Assembly: GCA_002104905.1 (NCBI GenBank)
Contig: MCFE01000207.1
Span: 64,828 to 128,827, forward strand
Direction of reading: 5' to 3'
DNA: 64,000 nucleotides
Origin: Basidiobolus meristosporus CBS 931.73
Taxonomy: Eukaryota; Fungi; Basidiobolomycota
The translations under genes were made by a program, and so were the position numbers. Shown here in pieces: positions 52,760-64,000 of the stretch (the first letter of the stretch is position 1; each line of letters begins with the position of its first letter). The notes below the pieces were generated by a model. The model worked only from the letters and a program-made list of their open reading frames with translations, was not told the DNA's origin and did not search any database.

Positions 52760-54000
52760 CTACTCTTCCTAATTAATAAGGATGAAGCCAAATATTAGCG
52801 AATGTGATGTTGATCTCCACACGATCGGCCCTACCTCAATGACAAACGTTTCACTGTCGTTCACCCCTAAATATGGCGACGGGGAATCTTCCATCTTCTT
52901 GTATTGACCATAGAGGCTGTCATAGGAAAGGTTCCAGAGTGAGTACTTTCTACCGTAAAGCACCAAGGCTAGCGAGCCTAATACACACACTCCAACGACG
53001 ACCAACGCTAGGATGGTGGCGTAGAGTGAGGTGGAAAAGGAATATGCGGGGTCTAATCCATCTACTGGCGGGCGAGTAAGATCGCTAAGGATCCCACTAC
53101 TGCCCTGTCGGTATTTCAAGCCAAATGACATCTCTGGTGCTGTACTTTGAGGTAACTCTGATGTGCTATAAGGAGAAGGTGAGGAAGAGTCGTTCGTGGT
53201 TTCCGCTGGATAGGTGGACGAGGTCGTGGTGGAAAGACTGACGGCCTCTTCAGAATTCGGCTCTGGCGTAGCGGTAGGGTTTTCGGTAGAGGTAGGTTCA
53301 GCTAAGGAAAGATTTGCCTCAGCCGTGGATGTGGTTGCAGGTAATGGGCGCGTATTGAGCGGCATGGTGGCATTTGTATCTATTTGCAGTCCGTTTGGAT
53401 AGCAATCGGCAGTTGACCGGAAGTAGGTTGCGTTGATGTTCTCGTCAATCACGTTGATGTCAGTAAACGGTTGAGAGTCGTTGCATACTGAGACTGCACG
53501 CTGCCTACGAGGGAATATTAATCGTGAGCACTTCCACGGATGCATCCTCTGAGGACTTTACCGAACTTCCCGACAGACAGCGTGAATGTTGAACGTTTCA
53601 GGATCGCAGTAATCGTAGTTCATGAAACAGAGCGCCTTCCGAATGGCCAAAAAGCACTCGGCACCAGCACTTTCATATCCCTCTCTGCTCATTTTATCTA
53701 GAGAAGCTGGATTGAAACGAAGTGTGAGTAATGGCATAGTTGCTCATCCACAAGGAGGTGGGAATACTTTTGATCTGGGCGTCTGTGACCTCCACATCCT
53801 GAATCGTGGTGGCATAGTTCACCTCGGGACATAATTTAGAGGGAATGATTAGGGGTTGGCAGTGCTCGGCTTTTGGGCCAGCTGGATAAATGAGCTGAGT
53901 AAGTGGTTCAGGACGAGCAGGGAAAACAATAGTTACCCGTAGCGAGTCTAATAAATATTGCCAAAGTAAGAAATAACCTTGGGCTCGTTAGGGAATGCAT
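52760..54000 (-). CDS. Type I membrane protein, about 330 aa: signal peptide, Frizzled-like cysteine-rich domain, Ser/Thr-rich stalk, one TM helix, short Tyr-rich tail
   Basis: Manual 5-exon model: 54000-53937, 53881-53768, 53697-53562, 53504-52835, 52768-52760; all GT-AG, 993 nt in frame; introns 2 and 3 contain in-frame stops; CQPLIIPSKLCPEVNYATT and ECFLAIRKALCFMNYDYC..VCREVRQRAVSVC. Confidence 0.8.
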
Positions 54001-54484
54001 TCTACGCTGAATATCAAGGATATTCAGCAGTAAAGAACATGAGTTTCAACAAATACTTCATGTGGGAGCTAATTAAGTGGCCTATGCCATATTCAGGTGC
54101 GCTCATGTGACAGACATGTATATAATTAGTGTGAGATTCCGATTTCGAGTATTTTTGGTACTTTGGCCTAATTCACTCGATAATAGGAGTATTGAACTAT
54201 TATCATATGCGCATTGATCTACCGATGATGCTTGCTGTTGGTCGATTGTATTCGGTTGCTCCAGCTATGTGCTTATTGATGGTCAATTATATTCCTTTGG
54301 TTGTGCAGCAAGCACCTCTCTTTTCTGCCGAAGGAGAAAAATGTGGAGCGATGCCATAACTCTTTCCTCTTAGTAACCTAGCCAGAAATACCGGGCTTGT
54401 TTGGACTTGCTGTCCAGCTCCAACCTTTTAACCTCACAAACCCTCTAACCGGAAGCATAACTTGGACAATCCGAAATTCGAGTT

Positions 54485-55546
54485 ATGCACCAGCACCTTT
54501 TGATGATATTTAGCTTTTGCCTTTGTTTGCCAAGTACCGCTTCTACTAAAGCACCTGTCTACCCTAAATTCTTAATCTATGGAGGGACACCCGTCAAACT
54601 ATCTAACAGCTATCCCTGGATGGCCTTTACATACCTTCAGAATCCAGCCATTGGAGAAATGCGGTGGTGCGGCGGTGTTGTTTTGGACTCGACGACGATC
54701 TTGTCGGCGGCACACTGTTTCCACGAGAAACCAGTGGGAGAGATTCTGGTTCATTTACTGCGGCATAACCTCAAGGTAAAAGCGGAAGAGGAGGGGGGTC
54801 TGGTGGTTCCGGCGGTGAACATAACCATCCACCCCGATTGGGACAGAAACCGGGCGATCAATGATTGTAAGAATATTTTACCATGCTTTGTATAGGGGAC
54901 GTTCTAGACAACACTAATCCCGCTCCTGTAGTTGCAATATTGAAATTGGCCCACCCACTCCCTTCGCAGATAACATTTCTTCCCATCCAGCAAGCAAAGC
55001 AACCGATACCCAATCGAGCCCATGTCAAAGCGCTGGGTTGGGGTTTGACTTCAGCCACACAATATCCAGATATCCTACAGGAGATTGAGATGAGTGTGCT
55101 GGACGAGAAATTATGTATTCAGAAATACAGCTCCCTAAACATTCCATTCAACCCCACGGCTGTATTATGTGTGGGAACCGAGCAAGGAGTACGAAGTAAG
55201 TGAAGCCCACGCGAATTCCCGAGCAACCCTATACTCGTCATATTGACCCGCTTCTGACTGCGTCACAGATGTTTGTTCCGGCGACTCTGGTGGGCCGCTA
55301 GTGTCTTTTGATGGCGCTGGCAATCCGTGGCTAATAGGAATAACGAGTTATAGCGCGGGGTGTGGTATCGATGTACCAGCAGCATTCGCACGAGTCGCTG
55401 CCCAGGCAAACTGGATCAATCGCTATGTCGACCCACCAAAACCCAAAAAACCCCGGTGTACGCGAACGAGAAACACCAATTCCACTAGACGCCACAATAG
55501 AGGTAGTTTCTCTCAAGTCAACAAACATGAGGTTTATTCGAAATAA
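54485..55546 (+). CDS. Secreted S1 (chymotrypsin-fold) serine protease
   Basis: Exons 54485-54866, 54932-55195, 55269-55546; signal peptide; IYGG activation site; LSAAHC, NDFAILKL, GDSGGP catalytic triad. Confidence 0.93.
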
Positions 55547-55759
55547 AGCATAGTGGAGGAGTGCAAAAACGAGTGATTTAAATGGGGGCCCTCATCCCAA
55601 AGCGGGGTCATGAAGAACGGTACACGTAGATACTAGCCGCCATATTGTTTAAAAAATCCATTGAAAGTCAACAAGTGCTCGCGTAGGGGTTTACCGCCAT
55701 ATGGATTCGTTCTGTCTGATAGATGGTTTGCTTGGCGAGCGAAAAACGAACAGCAACCT

Positions 55760-56901
55760 TTAGTTGTCGGAGTTCAGTTCATTTAGAATTCTTAGAATGG
55801 CCAAGAAAAGGTTGATGACGTCAAGATACAGATCGATACTAGCAATGATATACTCATCAGGAGACAACCGATTGATAATCATGTAAGTATCGTAAACGAT
55901 GTATCCACAGAACAGAACTGCCACCACGATGGCGATAGCGAACTGAACGCCGTTGCTGAATGGGAAGAATATCTGGACGAAAGAAGCAATAACGACCAGC
56001 CAAAGGACAATCCCAAGCCTACATAGAAAAAGGTTGGGTTAAAGGCTGGACAAGATCGGCATGCTATGCAGGGTCTATACATACATGGGTCCCATACCAC
56101 TGAAGTCGTATTTCGATTGCATGGTGAAAAGAGTGAGCCCGATGAAGAGTGCGAAGGTAATGATCAATGCTTGCAAGACGACTTTGGACGAATAAAATGT
56201 AACTAAAAATGCGTTTGATTAGGCACCCGTATGAATGATCGATTAACCAAGATTTGCCACTCACTGACAGTCCCAACACTATAGGCTTCAAGTAAGGTAA
56301 AGGCACCAAGAAGATACAGGTTCAAGGGCGATGAGTGACGCTTCCAGAACAAAGCTAGCATTACTCCAATAGCACCAAATAGAGATACAAACATTGCCCA
56401 ATCACTGCATAAGGGTTAGTAAAGGAGTAAATGCACGGTTAGAGGACCGAGCAAAAACATACTTGGACTGAACCCATTGACGGGCCTGTGTGTTGAAGAA
56501 GAATACGCTTCCAAGAAGAACAGTGGCACCCAATTGTGTGGTCAGGATTAAATAAACCTTACGGATGAACGCTTTTGATTCGAGTCAACGGTAGATTGGT
56601 TAGGATGGAGGTATAGGCGAATAGAATAAAGTGGATCTACAAACCCATTCTGATTTCAATCTCACACTGCGCCACACTGACACCATATTTGAAGTCATCG
56701 TCTTCGTTCTCTGCATGGCCGCCTGGCGCACTACTATTACCTCCGAAGGCTTGGTGATAGGTAGGGGGAAGAGCACCGTATTGAACGCCTGGGTGCTGAC
56801 CTGTATATACAAACTAGTAAGAGACATGGGTAACAAAGGAAGGATTTGCTGGAAAACTCACCAGAATTAGGTTGGTGCGGATGGACGTATGGTTGCGACA
56901 T
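55760..56901 (-). CDS. BXI1: Bax inhibitor-1/TMBIM family membrane protein (BXI1/TMBIM4-like), multi-exon
   Basis: DDFKYGVSVAQCEIEIRMAFIRKVYLILTTQL; YIVYDTY; SPDEYIIASIDLYLDVINLFLAILRIL. Confidence 0.9.
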
Positions 56902-57180
56902 TTGGATTAGACTGCTGTGGGAAGGAGCAAGTGGTAATACAGTGACAACTTTACATATGCCACATATTATATAATTGATGATGTTTCCAGACACTTCCGA
57001 TCGTTTGCCGCAGAAATGATTGATATATTATCGATGTTAGGAATTCCATTGAATCCCCCCCACCCAGTGTCATGTGAAACTCAAACATAATGACCGCAAT
57101 TCATCAGAATTCGGATAAAGCACCAAGCAGAAATGGAGGCTATTCTCTTCTGTACATTTTATTAAAAAAGAAATAGTATC

Positions 57181-58308
57181 TTAGGCTAATGGGGTCAAGC
57201 GTTTATCGGCATTGGAGGTATATCCACTAAGGACCTTCTCAGCGGTGATTTTGGCAGGAACATTGGAGGAAATGGCTCCGAACACGGGGGTTGCTTTCTC
57301 ATTGGCATCTGACGCGACCTTGAGAAGAGTTTGGAGCTCGCCAACGGTATGATCCCCAGCCCGGAGGGCTGCTTCAATGGCTTTGTAGGCAGCCAAGGAG
57401 CGATCCGATTCATCCTCAGGATAAAGCTCGGCGGCGAGTTTGAACTCTTCGGCAGCCTTGTTGCAGAGCTCCAGATCATAGGCACCATTGGTCTCGGCTC
57501 TCTCACGGTAAACGAAGCCACGAGCCATTCTAGCATGAGCAGCAAGGTATGTGCTGAATGCCAATTTATCTTTAGGTTCATTGGTTGAGCTGTCGTTCTC
57601 GATTGAAGCCAAGATGGCATCAGCTTCGGCAAGGATATCATCCAAAGAGAAGGTTTCTTTGTCGGAAGTAGTGGCATAGCCTAACATGATGGCGTTCATA
57701 AGAGTCTGTCTAAGAGCACGCAAGAAGGATTCCTTCAGGGCGGGGCCACGCTTATCACCGGCAGTGGGCTCAAGAGCGACGTTAGCAGCAACGATGATAT
57801 CGACTGCACGACGGAAATGAGCCAAAGCTTCCTTAGCTCTACCGAGGACACCAAAGGTAAGCAAGCCGACCAAAAAGGAGGCACGAATGCTGACGTCGAT
57901 GGCAGGTTGAACATCCTCCCAACCGTGGTTTTGAAGGCGTTTTTGGTATTCTTGGATCAATTCAGAAACAGGAATGTCAGAAGAAGCGCAATCACGGACT
58001 TGTTGTTCGAACATGAGGACTTTCTGGAGGCCTTCCAAATCCTTTTGTCCCTCGAGGTAGAAGCAACGAGGATCACGTAACAAAGCATCGGTGATAGCCT
58101 CCAAAGCGCCCACAGGTCCGGCAATACTGTTGGCAACGTTCTCATGTTGCTTGTATTGGGACATGATGAATTTTCCTTGCTCGAAAGATTGGATGGCGTG
58201 CATCAACTTCTCAGCTGCTGTCAAAGGTAAAGGATATTCTTCATTGTTCTTTTTCTTCTCAAGGATGACAGCATCCAAGCGAAAAACGGGGCATTGCTCT
58301 TCAGACAT
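57181..58308 (-). CDS. Intronless 375-aa predicted all-alpha (TPR-like) protein of unknown function
   Basis: Uninterrupted ATG-to-stop ORF with biased codon usage, in the CpG-normal gene region. Confidence 0.85.
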   Translation of the reverse strand: MSEEQCPVFRLDAVILEKKKNNEEYPLPLTAAEKLMHAIQSFEQGKFIMSQYKQHENVANSIAGPVGALEAITDALLRDPRCFYLEGQKDLEGLQKVLMFEQQVRDCASSDIPVSELIQEYQKRLQNHGWEDVQPAIDVSIRASFLVGLLTFGVLGRAKEALAHFRRAVDIIVAANVALEPTAGDKRGPALKESFLRALRQTLMNAIMLGYATTSDKETFSLDDILAEADAILASIENDSSTNEPKDKLAFSTYLAAHARMARGFVYRERAETNGAYDLELCNKAAEEFKLAAELYPEDESDRSLAAYKAIEAALRAGDHTVGELQTLLKVASDANEKATPVFGAISSNVPAKITAEKVLSGYTSNADKRLTPLA

Positions 58309-58653
58309 AGTTTTGGCGTGAGTTTGCTCTATCTACAAAGCAAAAGCACAACCCAAATTATGTTGAAAATTTATTTCTTTTTTTCTCTGCCAGAGAGGTA
58401 CCATGTTTGTGGAATGATTTGATGGTGAATAAACTTTATATCATACTCCCTTGATTGGGTTGTACTGACGGATAGTACAGTAACACAGGTTAGGCAAACT
58501 TTTATTCATTTGATTTAAAGCCGAGATGGTGGGATCTCCAGTGTGCTCGGATAATCAAACTTCACGGAATTTCGCATGATGCATTATTTAGCGCGTTCAA
58601 GAGGAGAGCATATACTCACCGAGTTTCAGCTAACATAGAAATACTCGTCCTTG

Positions 58654-61112
58654 ATGGAATCCCTAAACATCCCCAAAACTTCCAACGCCGAGAATGAGCT
58701 ACGACCTGAACTCTCCTCCTTATCGTCATCTCCGATTTTGACTGGAAAATTCTCTACCGTCAAATCTAAGCCCTCTATTCATCTTTCTGTAGATAACACT
58801 CTCTCATTACGGCCAGCTTCCCCTTCTGTAGCATCAAATCTCAGCAGTTGCTCAACCATTTCCAGATTAAGCGGGGACATTATGTTAGACGCCTCTAGTT
58901 TCCGCTCAAGAGAGAGTGCCGATACAGAATACATGCTAAGGATTGGGCAAATGAGTCCCAGGCCTAAACCTACTTTAGGAGCTGAATTGGATAGAGAGTT
59001 TGCTAATCCTCAGGAGAGTGAAACCTCTTCTCTGAAAGAGACCATAGACCAAGCTGTGTCAGGTAGCTATCAACTAGCCTGACTTTAGATATATGGAATT
59101 AACGCTTGGTGCTTGCCAGATAGCCCATTCTATTCTAATGAAACTGAGGAAGGAAAAGTTCAGCCAGACGAGGAGCTTGAGAGTGAAGCTGAGTTTTTTG
59201 CCGAGATGAATGTAGAGACTTTGAGACAGCGCTCAAGACAGAATAGCGAATGCTCTGACGTTTACTCGGAGGAAGGTTGGCATCCTGTCGCTTCAAGTTA
59301 ATTGACGTTGGAAATACGCATACTAAGTGCGATTTATTTGAAAGACCCTTATTCGCCCGGCTGGTCGGCCCATGACAAGCACTTCTTCATTTTGAGTAGC
59401 GCCGGAAAGCCCATCTATTCGCGCTTTGGGGATGAATCAAAACTTTCAAGTTATATGGGAGTGATCCAGGCTATTGTGTCCTTCTTCGTTGATACTGGCG
59501 ACTCCATTCGGTGCGTCTATTTCGCATGAATCACCTAACTCTTTTTAACCAACATTGTAACACCACCCAGGTCCATAACTGCTGGTGAGCATAAATTTGT
59601 GTTCCTACTTAAGAACCCACTTTATCTTTTAGCCGTCACAAAAACTGGAGAACCCGAGAGTCATGTAGGATTGACGCCCATCCGTTACAGCAATTCTAAG
59701 GATTGTGTACTAATGGCCGCTCTTGTAGATTCAAACTCAACTGATGTATCTATATAACCAAGTTCTAAGCATCGTAACAGTAACCCAGTTGACTCGGATC
59801 TTTGAGCAGAGAGTCAACTTCGACCTACGCCACTTGCTAAGTGGTAAGTATCTGAACGCCTAAAAACAAACCGTTTACATTACAAATCGAAAATTCCCCC
59901 ATTATAGGCACCGAGTCATTTCTTGATAGTTTATGTAGAGAAGTGACCTGCGATCCGAGTATTACGTTAGGGGCGGTCCATGCCATGAAAATGGAGAAGC
60001 CTCTGAGAGCCAGATTTAACAAAGCTCTCCAGTTGATAAAATCGAAGGTAGCGTGGGCAAGTGTTCATCATGATACATTCAGCACTCCTGAGTAACACCA
60101 TCCACCAGCATGTACTTTTCGGCATGTTAATTGCCAACGGCAAATTGGTAACTTTGCTACGTCCAAGGAAACAGAGTCTGCACGTGTCCGGTAAGTCTTT
60201 CCTATCGATTTTTCTAAATATATTCGAGGCTAACATAGTGCCTCTTAGATCTGCATCTAATCTGCAACATGGTCAATGGCTCCACCACATTTCATTCTGG
60301 CGAGTCATGGACACCTGTGTGCCTTCCAAGGTTCAATAGTAAAGGGTTCCTTCACGCTTATGTGTGCTTTGTGGCCAAAGAAACATGTCTGGTTTTGATA
60401 TCTCCAAGTAAAGACAAGTTCTACGAATGCTCGGCGTCGAAGGATCTTGTCGTAGAGGTAAGTCGCGATGAATTTTCGTCGGGTGACTCACATTCATAGA
60501 TTGACCGGTGAACTTCAATAACCAGCATTTGAATAAAACGGGGGCACTTGTGGAGCTGGCAGAGATCGCAGAGCGGAAAGAATACACCCTTGGTAAGGCT
60601 TCTCTGTGATAGAAAGATATGGAGCACACAATAACTAGGGTACGAAGATGAACTAGGAATCCCCGGGCTCCGACATTTTTTGTACAAATCCAAACAACAT
60701 ATTCAGATAACTTCGCCCACTTACTTGCCATATTATGAGAGCATTGACGAGCAACGGCGGTTAGTAACCATGACCTACCCTGCCAGAAACAGCTATTTAT
60801 TCCATTTCAGACTCTTCCGTATGTACCAGCATATTCACGATCGAATGCATGCCAAGACGTTGCCATTGAAAACCTTTTATGAAGTGACAAGTACCGAGAT
60901 TATCATCGGATGGGTAGGAGGCGTTATCTGTTGCTATGTATTGACGACAACTCACCAACAACCTCCATCAGAATTCACGATACTTCGAGATGTATGCCGC
61001 CTTTGGCCCGCTGGTCACCAAAGCGAGCATCATCGCCTCATTAACCGCGCTTCGAAAATGGATCCACCAGGAGGAGGAAACGGTGTTTGTAATTAATTCC
61101 CCGGTTTACTAG
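58654..61112 (+). CDS. MON1: Vacuolar fusion protein Mon1 (Mon1-Ccz1 Rab7/Ypt7 GEF subunit), multi-exon
   Basis: [31 protein letters not shown]; NFDLRHLL; [21 protein letters not shown]; [10 protein letters not shown]; FEMYAAFGP. Confidence 0.95.
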
Positions 61113-61343
61113 ACGGCTTTCGGATCTGTTTATCCTGTACATTGTAATCCAATAAAATCCCCTTAGACCTGGTTGGGGTTATTGGATAGTTAACTCAATC
61201 CAATAAATAACTGATTTGTTTACTGACCAGAGTGAACCAATCAATGGTCTCTTTTGGTAATCAAAACAAACCCACATTTCATAGACCATCAAATCTACTG
61301 CGACATCCTATTCTTCATTGAACCACTCATTGTAACCACCCAC

Positions 61344-63812
61344 ATGAACAGACAGTACTCACTTGGTGGCTCCGGCTTTCAGACTCCTTCGGGAGCAAAC
61401 CGCTCTACATCCAGACTCTCCCTGGCTAGCACCGGGATTTCGGGTCCTCCGCTTCGTCTCTCGGACTTCCGACTCTCCACCGGTGGCCCCACCGCCAACA
61501 ACAACCGTCAAAGTGTCGGCGGCTCTACCATAAGGTCAGTTGTTTGTTAGGAGGGTGCCTTCTTTGATTCTCCCTGACCCCTTTTGTTCCCTATAACAGA
61601 CGCACGAGTGTGAGGAATTCGCTCGCCCCCAATGGCGGACCCTCGAAAGATCCCCGCCCCCTACGTGACAAAAGTTGGCAACACGACACCATCCGAGCTC
61701 TCACCGAATTTCTCATCGAGACCGGGTACAACCAACCTATCTCTACGAAGACTTTGCAAACCCCTACCTCCAAGGACTTCCAGAGTATCTTCAAGTTCCT
61801 CTACGCCAAGCTGGACCCTAGATACGTCTACCAGAAGAAGTTCGAAGAGGAGGTGCCCGGCCTGCTCAAGGGATTAAAGTAGGCCACCTTCATCTTGGCC
61901 TCTTACTCCAGCCTCGAGCTAACCCTTGTGCTCCCACCTTTCAGATACCCCTTCGCCGACCAGATTAGTAAATCCCAGCTGTATGCCGTGGGCTCCATGC
62001 ACTCGTGGCCCAATCTTTTAGGAATGCTTCAATGGATCATGGACTTGATCATCGTAGGTGGCCATCACTCGTGTTCTCCACTCGCAGTTCCTAACCCTAG
62101 TGCGTTTCCAGTGTGTTGACAAGTTGAACCACAGCCCCGAATTTGACGGACAGCCAGGAAACGAGCCGGCCTTCCAGGACGAGATGTTTTTCAAGTACAT
62201 CTCCAGATCATACATCGCCTTCCTGAGTGGCGACGACAATTACGAGGACATGGAGCAAGATCTCACCATTCATTTCGGTAAGTTTCCCTTGAGCACCACC
62301 CGGCCTTCACCTCCACTTACCGGGACGTCACATCAGAGCAAAAGCTGGATCACATCGAGACGGAGATCTCGAAGCTAAACAAGGAGATCGAGCAACTCCA
62401 ACAAGAGCACGAGGGCTATGTCTCAGTCGAGGTAATTCTCGTTGGTTACGAACGACCCACACCCCCTCACGCACCGGACTAATCAACATCCCAGTCACCC
62501 CTTGTAGCCGCCCAGAAGGAGCACGACATCTTGAAGTCCGACACGGAGAAGTTCACCGAGTACCTCAACCACTTGCAGAGCAAGAAAGAGAAATTGCAGG
62601 ACTCCAATGTTGCGTTGACTGAGGAGGTCCAGTCGAAGGAGCAGGAGCTGGGGCAACTGGAAGAGGAGAAGGCGGACCTTCAGAGACAAGTGGATGAGCA
62701 GGAGATCTCCATGACTGATGTTGAGCGGATGAACGCTGAGCGGGACCAGTTAAGCAAGAACCTCAACACGGCCAACAGTCGCTTGGAGGAGATCAACAAG
62801 ACCTCCTGGGAGAAGGAGATTGAAACCCAGAAGAAGTTGGACGACGTACGTTGCACTTTACTGGCTCGAAAGAGCCTGCCTAACCCAACCTGGACCCTAA
62901 CCCGTTGCCATCTAGGTTGAGAGAGTGATCCAGGAATTCAACTCGTTTGCTTACAAGCTTGGCCTCATTCCTAGCGACTCTCCATACGCCAACGGGATCG
63001 AGTTCGACATCAAGCTCAACCAGCATGCCACCAGGGTGGAGGAAATGGTCTCGGTTGACATTAAGAACGTGATCAGAGTGAGTACAGCCCGATTCACTCC
63101 CTCAGCCTCTCGGAAATCGCTAACCCACACTCCGTGTTTCTAACAGCCCGCCTTGATGGAGTTGAGAAGCAACCTTAATAGCTCACTTCATCACACAGAG
63201 GACGAGGCAATCGTCCTCCAGGAGAACCTGGATCGCTTGACCGAAACCGTTGCCGATAAGCTCGACGAGCTGAAGTCGATGGAGAACCGGATCCAGAAGT
63301 TGGTGACCCAGCACCAAGACGAGAAAGAGGTACATGTTCATAGTTCGTCTCCGTACCCCACGGATCTAACCCGGCACAATCTAGGCGGCCAACCGGGAGA
63401 ATACCGCCAGCAACACCGAGATGGACAACCTGGAGCAAGAGCTGCAACGCATGAGGCTCGAGGGCAACACCGGCCTCCTCGGCTCACAACAACGCGTTCA
63501 AAAGATCCAGATTGAGTCAGTATTAGATACATTTCATCGCGCACAGCCACCACCTCTAACCCGAACCACCCTCCTAGGTATGACCAGCTGCTGCTCAAAT
63601 GCAACGAGAAGAAAGAAGAAGCCGGAAGAGAAATCCTCAGGATCCTCGAGGAGCTGATCTCCTTCAAATCCCACGTCGAGAACAGTTTGTCCGACCTGGA
63701 GAACTTGGCCAAGGAGGAGTACCAAGCATCCAAAGAAGGGCTTCAGTCCGTCAGGGGGAAGTCCAGCAAGTCCGACTCCGCCGTCAACTCCCCGATGGTC
63801 GCTGGCAACTAA
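61344..63812 (+). CDS. NDC80: Kinetochore protein Ndc80/HEC1, multi-exon
   Basis: KDPRPLRDK..PTSKDFQSIFKFLY..KFEEEV..LKYPFADQISKSQLYAVGSMHSWPNLLGMLQWI CH domain, followed by a long coiled coil. Confidence 0.96.
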
Positions 63813-64000
63813 ATCACCCACCGTTGAATGCACCCCCAATTGATTTATTCTTTGTTGTTTAATCCGCCTAGAGTTTTCACGAACACTCTTTACTCTGTAA
63901 ATAGTTGGAGATGTCATGAGTTGTATTTTTTTCCTTTTGTTCTTGTTAGGTGGTTCTGGTTCCATAAAGGTCATCTCACCCTACGTCTGATAAATGATGG

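Noticed and set aside
63534-63974. 146-aa antisense ORF and other overlapping ORFs over NDC80, plus 57195-57677 over the 375-aa gene
   Set aside because: Shadow frames of GC-rich, codon-biased coding exons with no recognisable domain
1-64000. CRISPR arrays, tRNA/rRNA genes or prokaryotic operons
   Set aside because: No regularly spaced repeat-spacer array or RNA gene was recognised; the DNA is eukaryotic, and GTG/TTG starts in the ORF track are artefacts

Overview
Eukaryotic genomic DNA with short GT-AG introns, most likely an early-diverging fungus (taxon is inference only). There are two sharply different compartments. (1) Bases 1 to ~52,700 are a nested, strongly CpG-depleted transposon block. 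It holds a CACTA/EnSpm-like DNA transposon family (one full-length copy at 18480-29783 with CCCTA...TAGGG ends, plus many fragments), a near-intact Ty3/gypsy element (22284-27220) and its inverted truncated sister, and a second LTR family that includes an apparently gag-only element with a tRNA-Lys PBS. It also holds chromovirus integrase/chromodomain remnants, Ty1/copia elements with a half-tRNA-type PBS and many LTR copies, and five 734-735 bp foldback MITEs with 3-bp TSDs. (2) Bases ~52,760-64,000 are a compact, CpG-normal gene cluster: a single-pass membrane protein with a Frizzled-like cysteine-rich domain (missed by the ORF track because of introns), a divergently transcribed secreted S1 serine protease, a BXI1/TMBIM protein, an intronless 375-aa helical protein of unknown function, MON1 and NDC80. 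All alignments, counts and gene models were made by eye; no database search was run.
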